Source of the DNA: a virus | Reading direction: 5' to 3' (one strand) | Virus record (IMG/VR): IMGVR_UViG_3300040770_000334 | Location: 1-46,016 of that record | DNA length: 46,016 nucleotides | Shown here: one piece after another, positions 17,803 through 27,412 of the stretch | Layout of the letters: the number at the start of each line of letters is the position of its first letter | Position numbering within the stretch: the first letter of the stretch is position 1 | The notes under the pieces: model-generated | Told to the model about the DNA's origin: nothing | The model's input: only the letters and a program-made list of their open reading frames with translations | Databases searched by the model: none | Translations under genes and position numbers: made by a program

Positions 17803-20427
17803 ATGGCAAATAATAGTAATGGTTACATAGGAGTTAATGGTGGTTGGAGTGGAATAACAAGTAGGTCTATTGGTGTTGATAACCAATGGAAGGACCAGAC
17901 ATTTCAATATGTTGGTGATAATGGGTATTGGCGATTAACATATACTAAAAACCCAATAGATTTAGGTGGTAACTTTTTTGTCCGATACCTAGAAGGTTAT
18001 GAAGTAGTAACGGGTAACTCATTAACGATATACGGAAGTAATTTAGTTGGAAATCAAGTTATGTTCCCAGCAGATGGTGGTTATTTTGAATTGACTGCTA
18101 ATCTTAGTGATTTATATGGAAATTTTGCTGGTGGTACGTTAGTTGGGACACCAAGTATTGGTCAATTATTTGGTGGTCAACCAGCTCTGGGTATAACAAC
18201 AAATAATGATTATTTCAACTTACCTAGTGATTTAGATGCAATTGGTATTTTTGGTAATGATGGTAATAAAAATTACAATTTAGGTTCTTATTTCTATTTA
18301 AACACTTTACCTAGTGGGTCAACAGTTACCCCTGTTTTATCTTATGGTAACGCAGCTAATGGTATGGAAGTAGTGGTAACATCTGGTGGGAATTTACAAC
18401 AAAAAATATATACTGGTAGTTCACCTTTATTAATTGACTCTGGGAGTGGAAAAATAAAGGTAGGGTGGAATTCATTTTTAATTAATAGAACAACTGGTAC
18501 AACAAAAATGTATTTATCTGGAACAACAACAGCTGTAACAACATCATCATTAGTTACAATAACCCCATCTCTTAATAATTTAGTTAGAGTTGGTGCTTCA
18601 TTTACTAGTGGGTCAACAACGCCTATATCACCAGCTATGTCAACTACTAGGACAGCACCAGCGTATGCACTTAGTAACAATAATTTAACCATAACATCTA
18701 GTGATGTAAACTATTATACATCAAGAAGTAATATGGTTATATCACGTAATACTGGTAAATACTATATCGAAGTATTTATTAATGCTGTTGGTTCTGGATG
18801 GCAATGGTTAGGTCTTGGTAGTACATCTGATTCGGTGACTAATGGTAATGGTGTTGGTTTATTAACTTGGAGTATAACAAGTAGTTCTAGAACTTTTAAT
18901 AAAGATAACGGTGTTGTATGGGGTGGTGGTGCAAATACATTCACTACTGGTGATATTGTAGGTTGTATTTACGATTCAAATGCTGGGTCATTAACATGGT
19001 ATAGAAACAATGTTTTATTAGGTACTAGCACAACTGCTGTTATTGGCGATACGGAATTTATCTTTTCATCAGATACTGGTGGGTCCGACACAATGAGATT
19101 TACTTCTGGTAGTTGGACATACGCACCACCTGTTGCTGGCGCAATCGCTTTTCCACCAGCAACAGTTATTGTTGCTGGTACTGTTTACTCAACTATCGGT
19201 ACTGGGTATAAATACGTTTATTGGAAATTACAAGCGTTAACACCGATTAACCTTTCAAAATATTTAAATAGGGGTAACACTAAAATTATCTTTAAAAACA
19301 AAACAACTTTAGCTGAATCAATTGTACCAAGTAATTGGTTATTAAATAGTACTAATGAATATATCTCTTTTACTGTACCACCAAACGTTACCGAAGGTAT
19401 TTATGATGTATTACTTAGATACTCAGATATCGAGGAATCATATGGTCTTCCAGTTACCGTTAATAAACCAGTAATTGCAACCACGGAATTCATTGACGAT
19501 TTTAGTGATGAAACAACACTTAAAAATAACTATCTTTTCTCAAACACTGCTTGGGGTGGTGCCAACGGTGGTGTTGTACCAGATAATGTGTTTTTAAGAG
19601 ATGGTGTTTTAATATTAAAAGGTAATGGTGATAATTATACTGGAACAACTCAAGGTGTTGATGGTAATGGAGTTAAAAAATTCCATACTAACCCTTCAGA
19701 CCCACAATTTGGTTTACCATGGACAAATAGGGTTGGTGGGGTTATATCGTATAATAAACTGACTGGGTATGGTAGTTATGAGGTAAACGCATTGATACCT
19801 AATGTATTAGGCGTGTCTTATGCTTTTTGGACATTTTTCTATAACGAAATATATCTTGATGACCCAAGGTATAATGAGTATCTAGCTGAAGGTTTGTCAC
19901 CACAAGGTGTTAGTAATTATATTGCTCGTAACCATGAAATAGATATAGAATTCCCGTCACATTTAACTGGTGGAACTTATAATAACCCAAGCCTTAATAA
20001 TATGAAATGTAATACTTGGATAGGTGAATTATCTGCTGAAAATACTATTGCGTTAACACCTGTAGGTTTTAATATTGCTGATGGTAATTATCATAAAATT
20101 AGGTTTGATTGGTACCCAACACGTGTTGACTACTATGTTGACGATGTTTTAAAAAATAGTGTCACTAAAACGATACCAAATATAGCTGGTTATTTTACTT
20201 TTGGGTCATGGTTCCCATCATCACCTTTAACAGCTAAACCTTGGTTGGCTGACCCAGAAAATGCATGGGCTGGTGGAACGGTAACAGCTGATGGTGGTAT
20301 GAAAGCTAATTTTGGTTCCGTTGAGCTTAAAGTTAAGGGGTTTAAATTTACACCATTTAGTGGTTTCACAGCACAACAGAGAGTATTAGGTGTTACATAC
20401 CCATTTGGAGACTACATAAAACCATAA
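17803..20427 (+). CDS. Multidomain virion appendage: LamG-like + SPRY + glycoside hydrolase family 16
   Basis: SPRY: GKYYIEV...FTTGDIVGCIYDSNAGSLTWYRN. GH16: GYGSYEV, AFWTF, catalytic EIDIE (19936-19950), YHKIRFDWYPTRVDYYVDD. Confidence 0.8.
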   Translation: MANNSNGYIGVNGGWSGITSRSIGVDNQWKDQTFQYVGDNGYWRLTYTKNPIDLGGNFFVRYLEGYEVVTGNSLTIYGSNLVGNQVMFPADGGYFELTANLSDLYGNFAGGTLVGTPSIGQLFGGQPALGITTNNDYFNLPSDLDAIGIFGNDGNKNYNLGSYFYLNTLPSGSTVTPVLSYGNAANGMEVVVTSGGNLQQKIYTGSSPLLIDSGSGKIKVGWNSFLINRTTGTTKMYLSGTTTAVTTSSLVTITPSLNNLVRVGASFTSGSTTPISPAMSTTRTAPAYALSNNNLTITSSDVNYYTSRSNMVISRNTGKYYIEVFINAVGSGWQWLGLGSTSDSVTNGNGVGLLTWSITSSSRTFNKDNGVVWGGGANTFTTGDIVGCIYDSNAGSLTWYRNNVLLGTSTTAVIGDTEFIFSSDTGGSDTMRFTSGSWTYAPPVAGAIAFPPATVIVAGTVYSTIGTGYKYVYWKLQALTPINLSKYLNRGNTKIIFKNKTTLAESIVPSNWLLNSTNEYISFTVPPNVTEGIYDVLLRYSDIEESYGLPVTVNKPVIATTEFIDDFSDETTLKNNYLFSNTAWGGANGGVVPDNVFLRDGVLILKGNGDNYTGTTQGVDGNGVKKFHTNPSDPQFGLPWTNRVGGVISYNKLTGYGSYEVNALIPNVLGVSYAFWTFFYNEIYLDDPRYNEYLAEGLSPQGVSNYIARNHEIDIEFPSHLTGGTYNNPSLNNMKCNTWIGELSAENTIALTPVGFNIADGNYHKIRFDWYPTRVDYYVDDVLKNSVTKTIPNIAGYFTFGSWFPSSPLTAKPWLADPENAWAGGTVTADGGMKANFGSVELKVKGFKFTPFSGFTAQQRVLGVTYPFGDYIKP

Positions 20428-20451
20428 TAAACAATTTAAAACAAAAACAAA

Positions 20452-20928
20452 ATGTTCGGAAGTAAAAACGATTTTTTCTTACAAGATTCAGCTAGGTTGG
20501 CCGATAGAAGGGACCAACTAATTTTCTTATTAAATAATATTTGGGGTAGAAACTATCTAGTTACAAAACTTTACTTAGAAGCATATGATTTCTTCTGTGC
20601 TGAACCAAGTGAATTTGATGGCGCAACAATAGTTAAGGATTTAAAGAGTATACCTAACCTTGATATTCATGCGATGCTTCACGATTACTTATATGTGAAA
20701 TACAATGTTTCGGTTAATGTTAAATATAAATGGTACGCTGATTTAATTTACGCTAAAGAAATGGAGCGTATGGGTTCAGCGGCTTACTCAACATGGAGCC
20801 GATTCATAGGGTTAACATTGTTTGGTGGATTATTTTTTACACCAATAATGTATTTTTCTGGTAAACGAATGTCACCAGAACAGAAAACCGAAATGTCGAA
20901 AATGGTAGTATTTTTTAATATTAATTAA
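20452..20928 (+). CDS. DUF1353-like protein with C-terminal hydrophobic segment
   Basis: FDGATI...AMLHDYLY...ADLIYAKEM pattern. Confidence 0.6.
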   Translation: MFGSKNDFFLQDSARLADRRDQLIFLLNNIWGRNYLVTKLYLEAYDFFCAEPSEFDGATIVKDLKSIPNLDIHAMLHDYLYVKYNVSVNVKYKWYADLIYAKEMERMGSAAYSTWSRFIGLTLFGGLFFTPIMYFSGKRMSPEQKTEMSKMVVFFNIN

Positions 20929-21077
20929 TCTTCACCATAAATACCTTTTTTAGGTACACATTTATCATTTATCAGTTTTTCAACAAATGAAAACATCTTT
21001 AACCCATTTTCTTCACAGTATTTTTTGAGGATAAGATGGGTTTTTGTCGTTATTTTTAAGTTTTTATCTCGTACCAT
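20925..21077 (-). CDS. 50-aa ribbon-helix-helix-like DNA-binding protein (not in the ORF track)
   Basis: Manual translation: MVRDKNLKITTKTHLILKKYCEENGLKMFSFVEKLINDKCVPKKGIYGED. Confidence 0.7.
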   Translation of the reverse strand: MVRDKNLKITTKTHLILKKYCEENGLKMFSFVEKLINDKCVPKKGIYGED

Positions 21078-21172
21078 ATAAGTATTTAACTATAAGTATG
21101 ATAGAAGTAGGTCAAAAAACATACTAAATCAAATTTATCTTTTGGTAAGTACTTACTTTTGGAAAAAACCTA

Positions 21173-21180
21173 ATATTTAT
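21173..21180 (+). promoter_or_regulatory. Putative late promoter motif ATATTTAT
   Basis: Recurrent motif upstream of the sheath gene. Confidence 0.6.
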
Positions 21181-21230
21181 AATAAAGAAAACGATAAAAG
21201 TAAATAATAACATTAACAAAAAAAAATAAT

Positions 21231-24047
21231 ATGTCACAAAAAGTATTCGTTAGTCCTGGGGTTTATACGTCAGAAAAAGACTTAACATTTGTTACTCGTC
21301 AAGTAGGGGTAACAACACTTGGTTTGGTAGGTGAGACAACAATCGGTCCAGCGTTCCAACCAATATTCATAAGTAATTATGGTGAGTTTCAGTCATTCTT
21401 CGGTGGGTTAAACAACACATTAGTAAAAGACACGGGAAGTCCACTATATGAATTACCTTATGTTGCTAAATCATATCTATCACAATCAAATCAATTATTC
21501 GTAACTAGAGTATTAGGTTTGTCTGGATACGATGCTGGTATGGCTTGGGGTATCACACTTGATGCCGCAATGAATGAAGCTTCAGTTGTAGAAGTAAGTG
21601 GTGGTGGTGATTTCCCAGCATTAATTAGTTATTCAGCTAACACTGCTGGTATTGTAACAAACCTTACATCTAGTAGTTCATTAATACAATCACTTATTGA
21701 TTCTGGTGAATTTACTTCATCTCTTGCATTTTTAGGTAACGCACCTTTAGCTTCTGGTGGACCAATAACTGCAAAATATAATAAAGTGAATGGTACATTT
21801 TTAGGTGCATCGATGAACTTAACTGTTACATCAAGAACAGTTAATAATGGTGGTGATATTGTTGGTGTTGCCTCTGGTAATACAACACATTTTTATGGTC
21901 AAGCTTTTGGTGACGTAGAAAATAAGTTAGTTGCTTTAATTCGTTCAAGAGGTAGTGTTAACCAAGTAAGTCAATTAACTTCGTTTGAGGTTGATACTAT
22001 TGATGGGTTAACTTTTGATGAATCAATTACTGATTCAATTAACAATCCATTAGGTAATTTTTCATTGAAAGGTACTTCAAGTCTTCAAGGAACATTTGAT
22101 TATAGTGTGTCTTTAGATAGAACAAAGAAAAACTACTTACCTAAAGTATTAGGTAGAACAGCTCAAGATGGTAGAGCAGCAATATTTGTTGAGGAGTTAT
22201 ACGGTAATATGTTTAAAGATGCTGTTTCTTCTAACAAAATAAGAGGTATTAAACAAACTATGGTTAATTATAACTCTGAGTTTTCAGATTATTTAAACCA
22301 ATTTAGTGCAGCTGTAACACCTTATATTGTATCTGAATTACGTGGTAACAAAATATTAAGATTGTTTAGATTCCATACCATTTCTGATGGTAATGCAGCG
22401 AACGAACAATTTAAAATATCTATTGTTAACATTAAACCAGATGCTAGAGAATTTGATATCCAAGTAAGAGCTTTTTATGATACTGACAACCAACCAGTTG
22501 TTTTAGAATCTTTTAGCCGTTGTACGATGGACCCATCTTCAGCTAATTATATTGGAAGAAGAATTGGGACAACTGATGGTACTTACGGTTCTAAATCAAC
22601 GTTTGTTTTAGTTGAGTGTGATGATGCTAGTGATACTAGTGATGCGTTTCCAGCTGGATTTACTGGTTACCCAGTTAGAGATTACCAAGCTAATGATAAC
22701 GATACTGTTCTTGCACCATCATTGATGTACAAACAATCATATAGTCCTTTTGAAAACAAACGTAAGATTTATTTAGGTGTTTCTCAAGCTGTAGGTATCG
22801 ATGCCGATTTCTTTGACTACAAAGGTGTTCCATTAAGTGCTAACCCAAACATGTGGACTGGTCTAACAAATGGTTTCCACATGGATATTGATGCTGGTAG
22901 TGTTACTATAGAAAATGGTGATAGATATAATCCAATTTATAAATTTGATGCTGGTGTTGGTGAGTTTAGAACTGATGCTGATTTATTTAACGGTCCTTAT
23001 GAAAAAGTTTACGCACGTAAATTTACGTTAGTACCTTTTGGTGGTTTCGATGGATGGGATGTTTATAACTCTAGAAGAACAAACACTGATAAATTTATTA
23101 TAAATGGTACTGGTGGTTCAGCTGGGTTGTTATCTGGTAGATTCACGAATAGAGTTTTATCTAACGGTGACTTGGGTATTAACTCTGATTACTATGCTTA
23201 TTTAGAAGCTATTTGGACATTTAAAAACCCAGAGGCGGTGAATGTGAATGTGTTTGCAACACCTGGAATTGATAACTTCGAAAACACTAACTTAGTTGAG
23301 GCAGCAATCGAAATGGTTGAACAAGATAGAGCCGATTCATTATATATTATAACAACACCAGATACAGCTAATGGCGAAATCTTAAGTGTTGGTGATGTGG
23401 TTGACCAATTAGATGGTCAAATTGATTCAAACTATTCTTGTACATACTGGCCTTGGGTACAAATTAATGATGTTGAAAATAATGTATTCATTTATGTACC
23501 ACCAACAAGAGATGTTGTTAGAAACATTGCGTTGACAGATAATATTGCTTTCCCTTGGTTTGCAGTTGCTGGTATTCAAAGAGGGGATGTTGATGCAGTT
23601 AAAGCTAGAAAGAAACTTACACTTGCTGAAAGAGATGAATTATATGAAAATAGAATAAATCCTATCGCTACGTTCACAACTGATGGAGTTAAAATCTGGG
23701 GTAATAAAACGCTTCAAGTTAAAGAAACAGCTCTTAATAGAATTAGTGTTAGAAGACTTCTTATTCAAGCAAGAAAACTTATTTCTGCTGTATCTATCAG
23801 ACTATTGTTTGAACAAAATGATTCAGTTGTTAGAAGTCAATTCTTATCACTTGTTAACCCTATCTTGGATAACATTAGAAGCGAACGTGGTTTAACTGAC
23901 TTCCGTGTTGTTCTTTCGAGTAACCCAGAAGATATAGATAGAAATCAATTAACTGGTCAAATATTCTTGAAACCGACAAGAAGCTTAGAATTTATTCAAG
24001 TTGAGTTCGTAATCATGAACACTGGTGCATCATTTGATAATATCTAA
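21231..24047 (+). CDS. Contractile tail sheath protein (gp18-like)
   Basis: SPGVYTSEKD, PWFAVAGIQRG, LYENRINPI, WGNKT and RISVRRLL motifs. Confidence 0.96.
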   Translation: MSQKVFVSPGVYTSEKDLTFVTRQVGVTTLGLVGETTIGPAFQPIFISNYGEFQSFFGGLNNTLVKDTGSPLYELPYVAKSYLSQSNQLFVTRVLGLSGYDAGMAWGITLDAAMNEASVVEVSGGGDFPALISYSANTAGIVTNLTSSSSLIQSLIDSGEFTSSLAFLGNAPLASGGPITAKYNKVNGTFLGASMNLTVTSRTVNNGGDIVGVASGNTTHFYGQAFGDVENKLVALIRSRGSVNQVSQLTSFEVDTIDGLTFDESITDSINNPLGNFSLKGTSSLQGTFDYSVSLDRTKKNYLPKVLGRTAQDGRAAIFVEELYGNMFKDAVSSNKIRGIKQTMVNYNSEFSDYLNQFSAAVTPYIVSELRGNKILRLFRFHTISDGNAANEQFKISIVNIKPDAREFDIQVRAFYDTDNQPVVLESFSRCTMDPSSANYIGRRIGTTDGTYGSKSTFVLVECDDASDTSDAFPAGFTGYPVRDYQANDNDTVLAPSLMYKQSYSPFENKRKIYLGVSQAVGIDADFFDYKGVPLSANPNMWTGLTNGFHMDIDAGSVTIENGDRYNPIYKFDAGVGEFRTDADLFNGPYEKVYARKFTLVPFGGFDGWDVYNSRRTNTDKFIINGTGGSAGLLSGRFTNRVLSNGDLGINSDYYAYLEAIWTFKNPEAVNVNVFATPGIDNFENTNLVEAAIEMVEQDRADSLYIITTPDTANGEILSVGDVVDQLDGQIDSNYSCTYWPWVQINDVENNVFIYVPPTRDVVRNIALTDNIAFPWFAVAGIQRGDVDAVKARKKLTLAERDELYENRINPIATFTTDGVKIWGNKTLQVKETALNRISVRRLLIQARKLISAVSIRLLFEQNDSVVRSQFLSLVNPILDNIRSERGLTDFRVVLSSNPEDIDRNQLTGQIFLKPTRSLEFIQVEFVIMNTGASFDNI

Positions 24048-24065
24048 TTTTAAGGATAAATAAAT

Positions 24066-24099
24066 AAAAAACCCTAACTTAGTCAGTTAGGGTTTTTTT
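24066..24099 (+). terminator. Intrinsic terminator
   Basis: aaccctaact-tagtc-agttagggtt followed by a T run. Confidence 0.9.
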
Positions 24100-24122
24100 A
24101 TATATTTATATTAAAAGAAACA

Positions 24123-24566
24123 ATGTCAAAACTAAAAATAACTAAAGAACAATATAACGCAATTTTGTTACATGAACAAACGACACGTTTAAACGCTAAT
24201 AGAGCAACTATAATCGAATCGACAACACATAGACCAGAATTATTAAATGAAGCTTGGAAAGACGTTGTTTTAGGTGTTGCTATGCTATGTGGTGTTAACC
24301 TTACTGGCCAGAATAAAGAAATTGCCGATAATGCGGTTAAAGACCCAACTATCATGGCCGAAATAAAGGCCACGTTAGAAGATGAAGTAAAAATAAGTGA
24401 ATTAATTGATTCATTGCTTGAGAAAGGAATGAAAGCCCCAGACAAAATGTTATCAGTTAATCCAGAGAGCATGGTATATGATTTTAATAAAACAGCAAAA
24501 TCTAATAGTATTGATACAACTATTGGTATCAAAGCCGCACTTAATTTAAATTCTATCGCAAAATAA
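24123..24566 (+). CDS. Hypothetical late protein, candidate head-packaged protein
   Basis: Own ATATTTAT at 24102; KLKITKEQY leader; hydrophobic segment after LLNE. Confidence 0.55.
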   Translation: MSKLKITKEQYNAILLHEQTTRLNANRATIIESTTHRPELLNEAWKDVVLGVAMLCGVNLTGQNKEIADNAVKDPTIMAEIKATLEDEVKISELIDSLLEKGMKAPDKMLSVNPESMVYDFNKTAKSNSIDTTIGIKAALNLNSIAK

Positions 24567-24687
24567 TTTATATTTTTAAATAAAATTTTAGTTTTTACAC
24601 ATTATTTTATTTTTTATGATATTTATATTTATATAACAATAATTATTGGTGCCAATGTACTGATAAACAACTTAAACAAAAAACAAA

Positions 24688-25176
24688 ATGGCTGATTTAT
24701 TAATGAAAATGCCCCTTCCATACGAACCTAAAAAGAAGAATCGTTGGTTAATTACATTTCCAGCGGATTTGGGAATCCAACAATGGTGGTTATCTGCTGC
24801 ATCTAGACCTACTATAACTCAAAGTGAAGTAGAGATACCTTTTCTTAACACTTCAACTTATGTTCTTGGTAGATTTAACTGGGAAACAATTGATGTTACT
24901 TTCCGTGACCCAATTGGACCTTCAGCATCACAGGCGATTATGGAATGGGTACGTTTACACTCTGAATCAATTTCTGGTCGTCAAGGTTATGCTGCTGGAT
25001 ATAAAAGACCTGTTGAACTTGAAATGCTTGACCCTACTGGTGTGGTTATTGAAAAATGGTTATTAGATGGTACTATGATAACATCTGCTGCTTTTGGTGA
25101 TTTATCGATGGACGATGATGGTATTGCTGAGATAATTGTAACATTAAGATTTGATAGAGCAATATTACTTTTCTAA
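24688..25176 (+). CDS. Tail tube protein (gp19-like)
   Basis: 162 aa; GRFNWETIDVTFRD, YKR..LEMLDPTG..IEKW; tandem ATATTTAT at 24619/24625. Confidence 0.92.
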   Translation: MADLLMKMPLPYEPKKKNRWLITFPADLGIQQWWLSAASRPTITQSEVEIPFLNTSTYVLGRFNWETIDVTFRDPIGPSASQAIMEWVRLHSESISGRQGYAAGYKRPVELEMLDPTGVVIEKWLLDGTMITSAAFGDLSMDDDGIAEIIVTLRFDRAILLF

Positions 25177-25188
25177 AACAAAGTTATT

Positions 25189-25716
25189 ATGAGAAAAATA
25201 GATAAACTTATAAACTTGGCAAAAGCCAATTTATTAACTGAACAACGTTATTTGGAAGCTAAAGGTTCTGTAAATGAGCTTTCACCAGAATTAAAACAAG
25301 CAGCATATAATAAAGCAAGTTATCAAGCTAGTGTTCACGGTAATGCAAATAGCCCAGATACGCTAAATCCTTTGAAAGCTGATAGAAGACGACAACAAGC
25401 ACACGCAATTGGTAATAGTTTACCGAAGAAATATGAAACATCAGTTAACGATATTGGGAATTATTTAGGTCTTAATGGTGCGATAAAAAAAGTTGCAGAT
25501 ACTGAAAGTCAAATCGTTCTAACCTTTGATAAGAAGGATGAGTATAGTGGAAGAGCTACTAAGTTATTACAATATAATATATTTAAAAATAAATATACTG
25601 CTAACCATAATAATAATGTACAAGTGCCAGATAATTATGCGAGAAGAATTGAGAGATTCATTATTACCCTTCAAAAAAATGAATTGAGTGATTCTGATAA
25701 CCCATACGAGTCATAA
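25189..25716 (+). CDS. Hypothetical late protein, candidate head-packaged protein
   Basis: Leader KANLLTEQRYL..VNELSPE; lies between the tube gene and a terminator. Confidence 0.5.
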   Translation: MRKIDKLINLAKANLLTEQRYLEAKGSVNELSPELKQAAYNKASYQASVHGNANSPDTLNPLKADRRRQQAHAIGNSLPKKYETSVNDIGNYLGLNGAIKKVADTESQIVLTFDKKDEYSGRATKLLQYNIFKNKYTANHNNNVQVPDNYARRIERFIITLQKNELSDSDNPYES

Positions 25717-25729
25717 TATATAATCAATT

Positions 25730-25763
25730 AAAAAAAAACCATCTATTTCTAGATGGTTTTTTT
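25730..25763 (+). terminator. Intrinsic terminator
   Basis: accatcta-tttc-tagatggt with A/T runs. Confidence 0.88.
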
Positions 25764-25840
25764 ATTTAATACACTTGTCATTTACAAAAAAACTTAAAAA
25801 ACTATATTTATTATAAATAACAAAAATTAAATAGTTTTAA

Positions 25841-27109
25841 ATGGATATTAAACCAAATGTTTTCCCTTCAAAAGACCAACAGGGTGCGAATAAAGATACT
25901 GCGACTAAAATTGCCGAATATGAAGCTAAAAAAGCTGAAGTAGTGGATGGTATTTTTAACGAGCAACCATCAGACACACCACAACAACATACTGATGCGA
26001 TGGAAGCTATGCGTGCTAGAACAATGAATCAAATCAACCAAAACAAGCAGAACGGTATTGTTATCGATGAATCTTTAGCTGAAAAAAAACCTAGAACAAA
26101 TGCTGTTGCATCAAACAATAATGCTGAACAAATTAGACTTCGTGATGAGCAGTTGGAGAAAAATAAAGAACAGACAAGAAATTATCAAAACTTATCTGAA
26201 GCAGCGACAAATAGACATCTACAACCAAAAGAAAAACAACATATGGAAAATAACAACAATTTCACACCATCAACACCAACACAACCACCAACGAATACGT
26301 CCAATGGTTATGGTGATAATTATGGTAGTAACAACCCTAACCTTAACCCACAAATAGTACAACTTAGTCAACCAAACTATAATTGTGCTTTTGATGTAAT
26401 CCCATTACCTTCAGAGGGTAAATTATACGCTAATAAAAGAAAAAACGTAAGAATTGGATTTATGACAACAGCTGATGAGAATATCCTTACTAGTCCTAAT
26501 CTATTACAAAGTGGTCAATTTTTAGAAGTACTTATAAATAGAAAATTATTGGAAACTGATATGCGATATTCTGATTTACATATTGGTGATAGAAACGCAA
26601 TTATGTTATGGTTAAGAGCAACATCATATGGTGAAATGTACCCAATAACCATATTGGATGAACAAGGTGAAGCTTTTGATGCTGACGTTAATTTAAATGA
26701 CCTTAAAACAAAAAAACTTGGTGCTGAACCAGATGTCGAAGGGTTGTTCGAATTCACAATGCCATTGTCTGGTGCGGTAATAAAATTTAAATTATTGACA
26801 TGTGGTGATGTTGATGCTGTTGAACAATTGGTTTCTAGAGACACAGATAATGATTCTTTAGTTGATAACACTGCGATATATAGTCTAAAAAGAGCTGTTG
26901 TTGAAGTTAACGGTACTAGAGATAGACAATCTATATCAGACTTTGTGGATTCAATTAGAATACATGATGGAAATGAATTTAATAAGTACATAGAAAAAAT
27001 AGAAAGCGGTATTGATTTAACTATCAACGTTCCGACTCCAAGAGGTGGGTCTATTGCCACCTTTCTTCCACTTAACATCAGATTTTTTTGGCCTAACATC
27101 CAGCTATAA
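25841..27109 (+). CDS. Baseplate hub assembly protein / tail assembly chaperone (gp26-like) with disordered N-terminal extension
   Basis: LPSEGKLY, MTTADENILT, GDRNAIMLWLRATSYG and terminal FFWP; late motif at 25804. Confidence 0.7.
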   Translation: MDIKPNVFPSKDQQGANKDTATKIAEYEAKKAEVVDGIFNEQPSDTPQQHTDAMEAMRARTMNQINQNKQNGIVIDESLAEKKPRTNAVASNNNAEQIRLRDEQLEKNKEQTRNYQNLSEAATNRHLQPKEKQHMENNNNFTPSTPTQPPTNTSNGYGDNYGSNNPNLNPQIVQLSQPNYNCAFDVIPLPSEGKLYANKRKNVRIGFMTTADENILTSPNLLQSGQFLEVLINRKLLETDMRYSDLHIGDRNAIMLWLRATSYGEMYPITILDEQGEAFDADVNLNDLKTKKLGAEPDVEGLFEFTMPLSGAVIKFKLLTCGDVDAVEQLVSRDTDNDSLVDNTAIYSLKRAVVEVNGTRDRQSISDFVDSIRIHDGNEFNKYIEKIESGIDLTINVPTPRGGSIATFLPLNIRFFWPNIQL

Positions 27110-27350
27110 AGTCCCGTTACTTGAAGAAATATATATTTGTACCCAGCATTTAAAAGGAATGTCCTATAACGATGTGTTATCCATGCCGACTTTTGAACGT
27201 AGATACTTTTTAGGTTTATTAACTAAAGAGTTCGTCACAAGAGAGGAAAAAGCCCAAGACCAGAAATCGGTTAGTGGTAGCGGTAAACGTGTTTTTACTG
27301 GAAATGAATTAAAAAATAGAATGAATTCGGGTGATATACCATTAATATAA
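27045..27350 (+). CDS. gp51-like small assembly protein, possibly a frameshift extension of the upstream gene
   Basis: MSYNDVLSMPTFERRYFL motif; overlaps the upstream ORF in the +1 frame; start uncertain. Confidence 0.65.
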   Translation: MGLLPPFFHLTSDFFGLTSSYKVPLLEEIYICTQHLKGMSYNDVLSMPTFERRYFLGLLTKEFVTREEKAQDQKSVSGSGKRVFTGNELKNRMNSGDIPLI

Positions 27351-27353
27351 AAT

Positions 27354-27383
27354 AAATACTCGCAATTGCGAGTATTTTGTTTT
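27354..27383 (+). terminator. Intrinsic terminator
   Basis: aaatactcgc-aatt-gcgagtattt followed by a T-rich tail. Confidence 0.85.
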
Positions 27384-27412
27384 ATAACATATTTATAGAA
27401 AAGTAATTTATT

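Noticed and set aside
12841-20427. Invertase-driven shufflon
   Set aside because: All repeats are direct, and there are no opposite-strand cassettes or site-specific recombinase.
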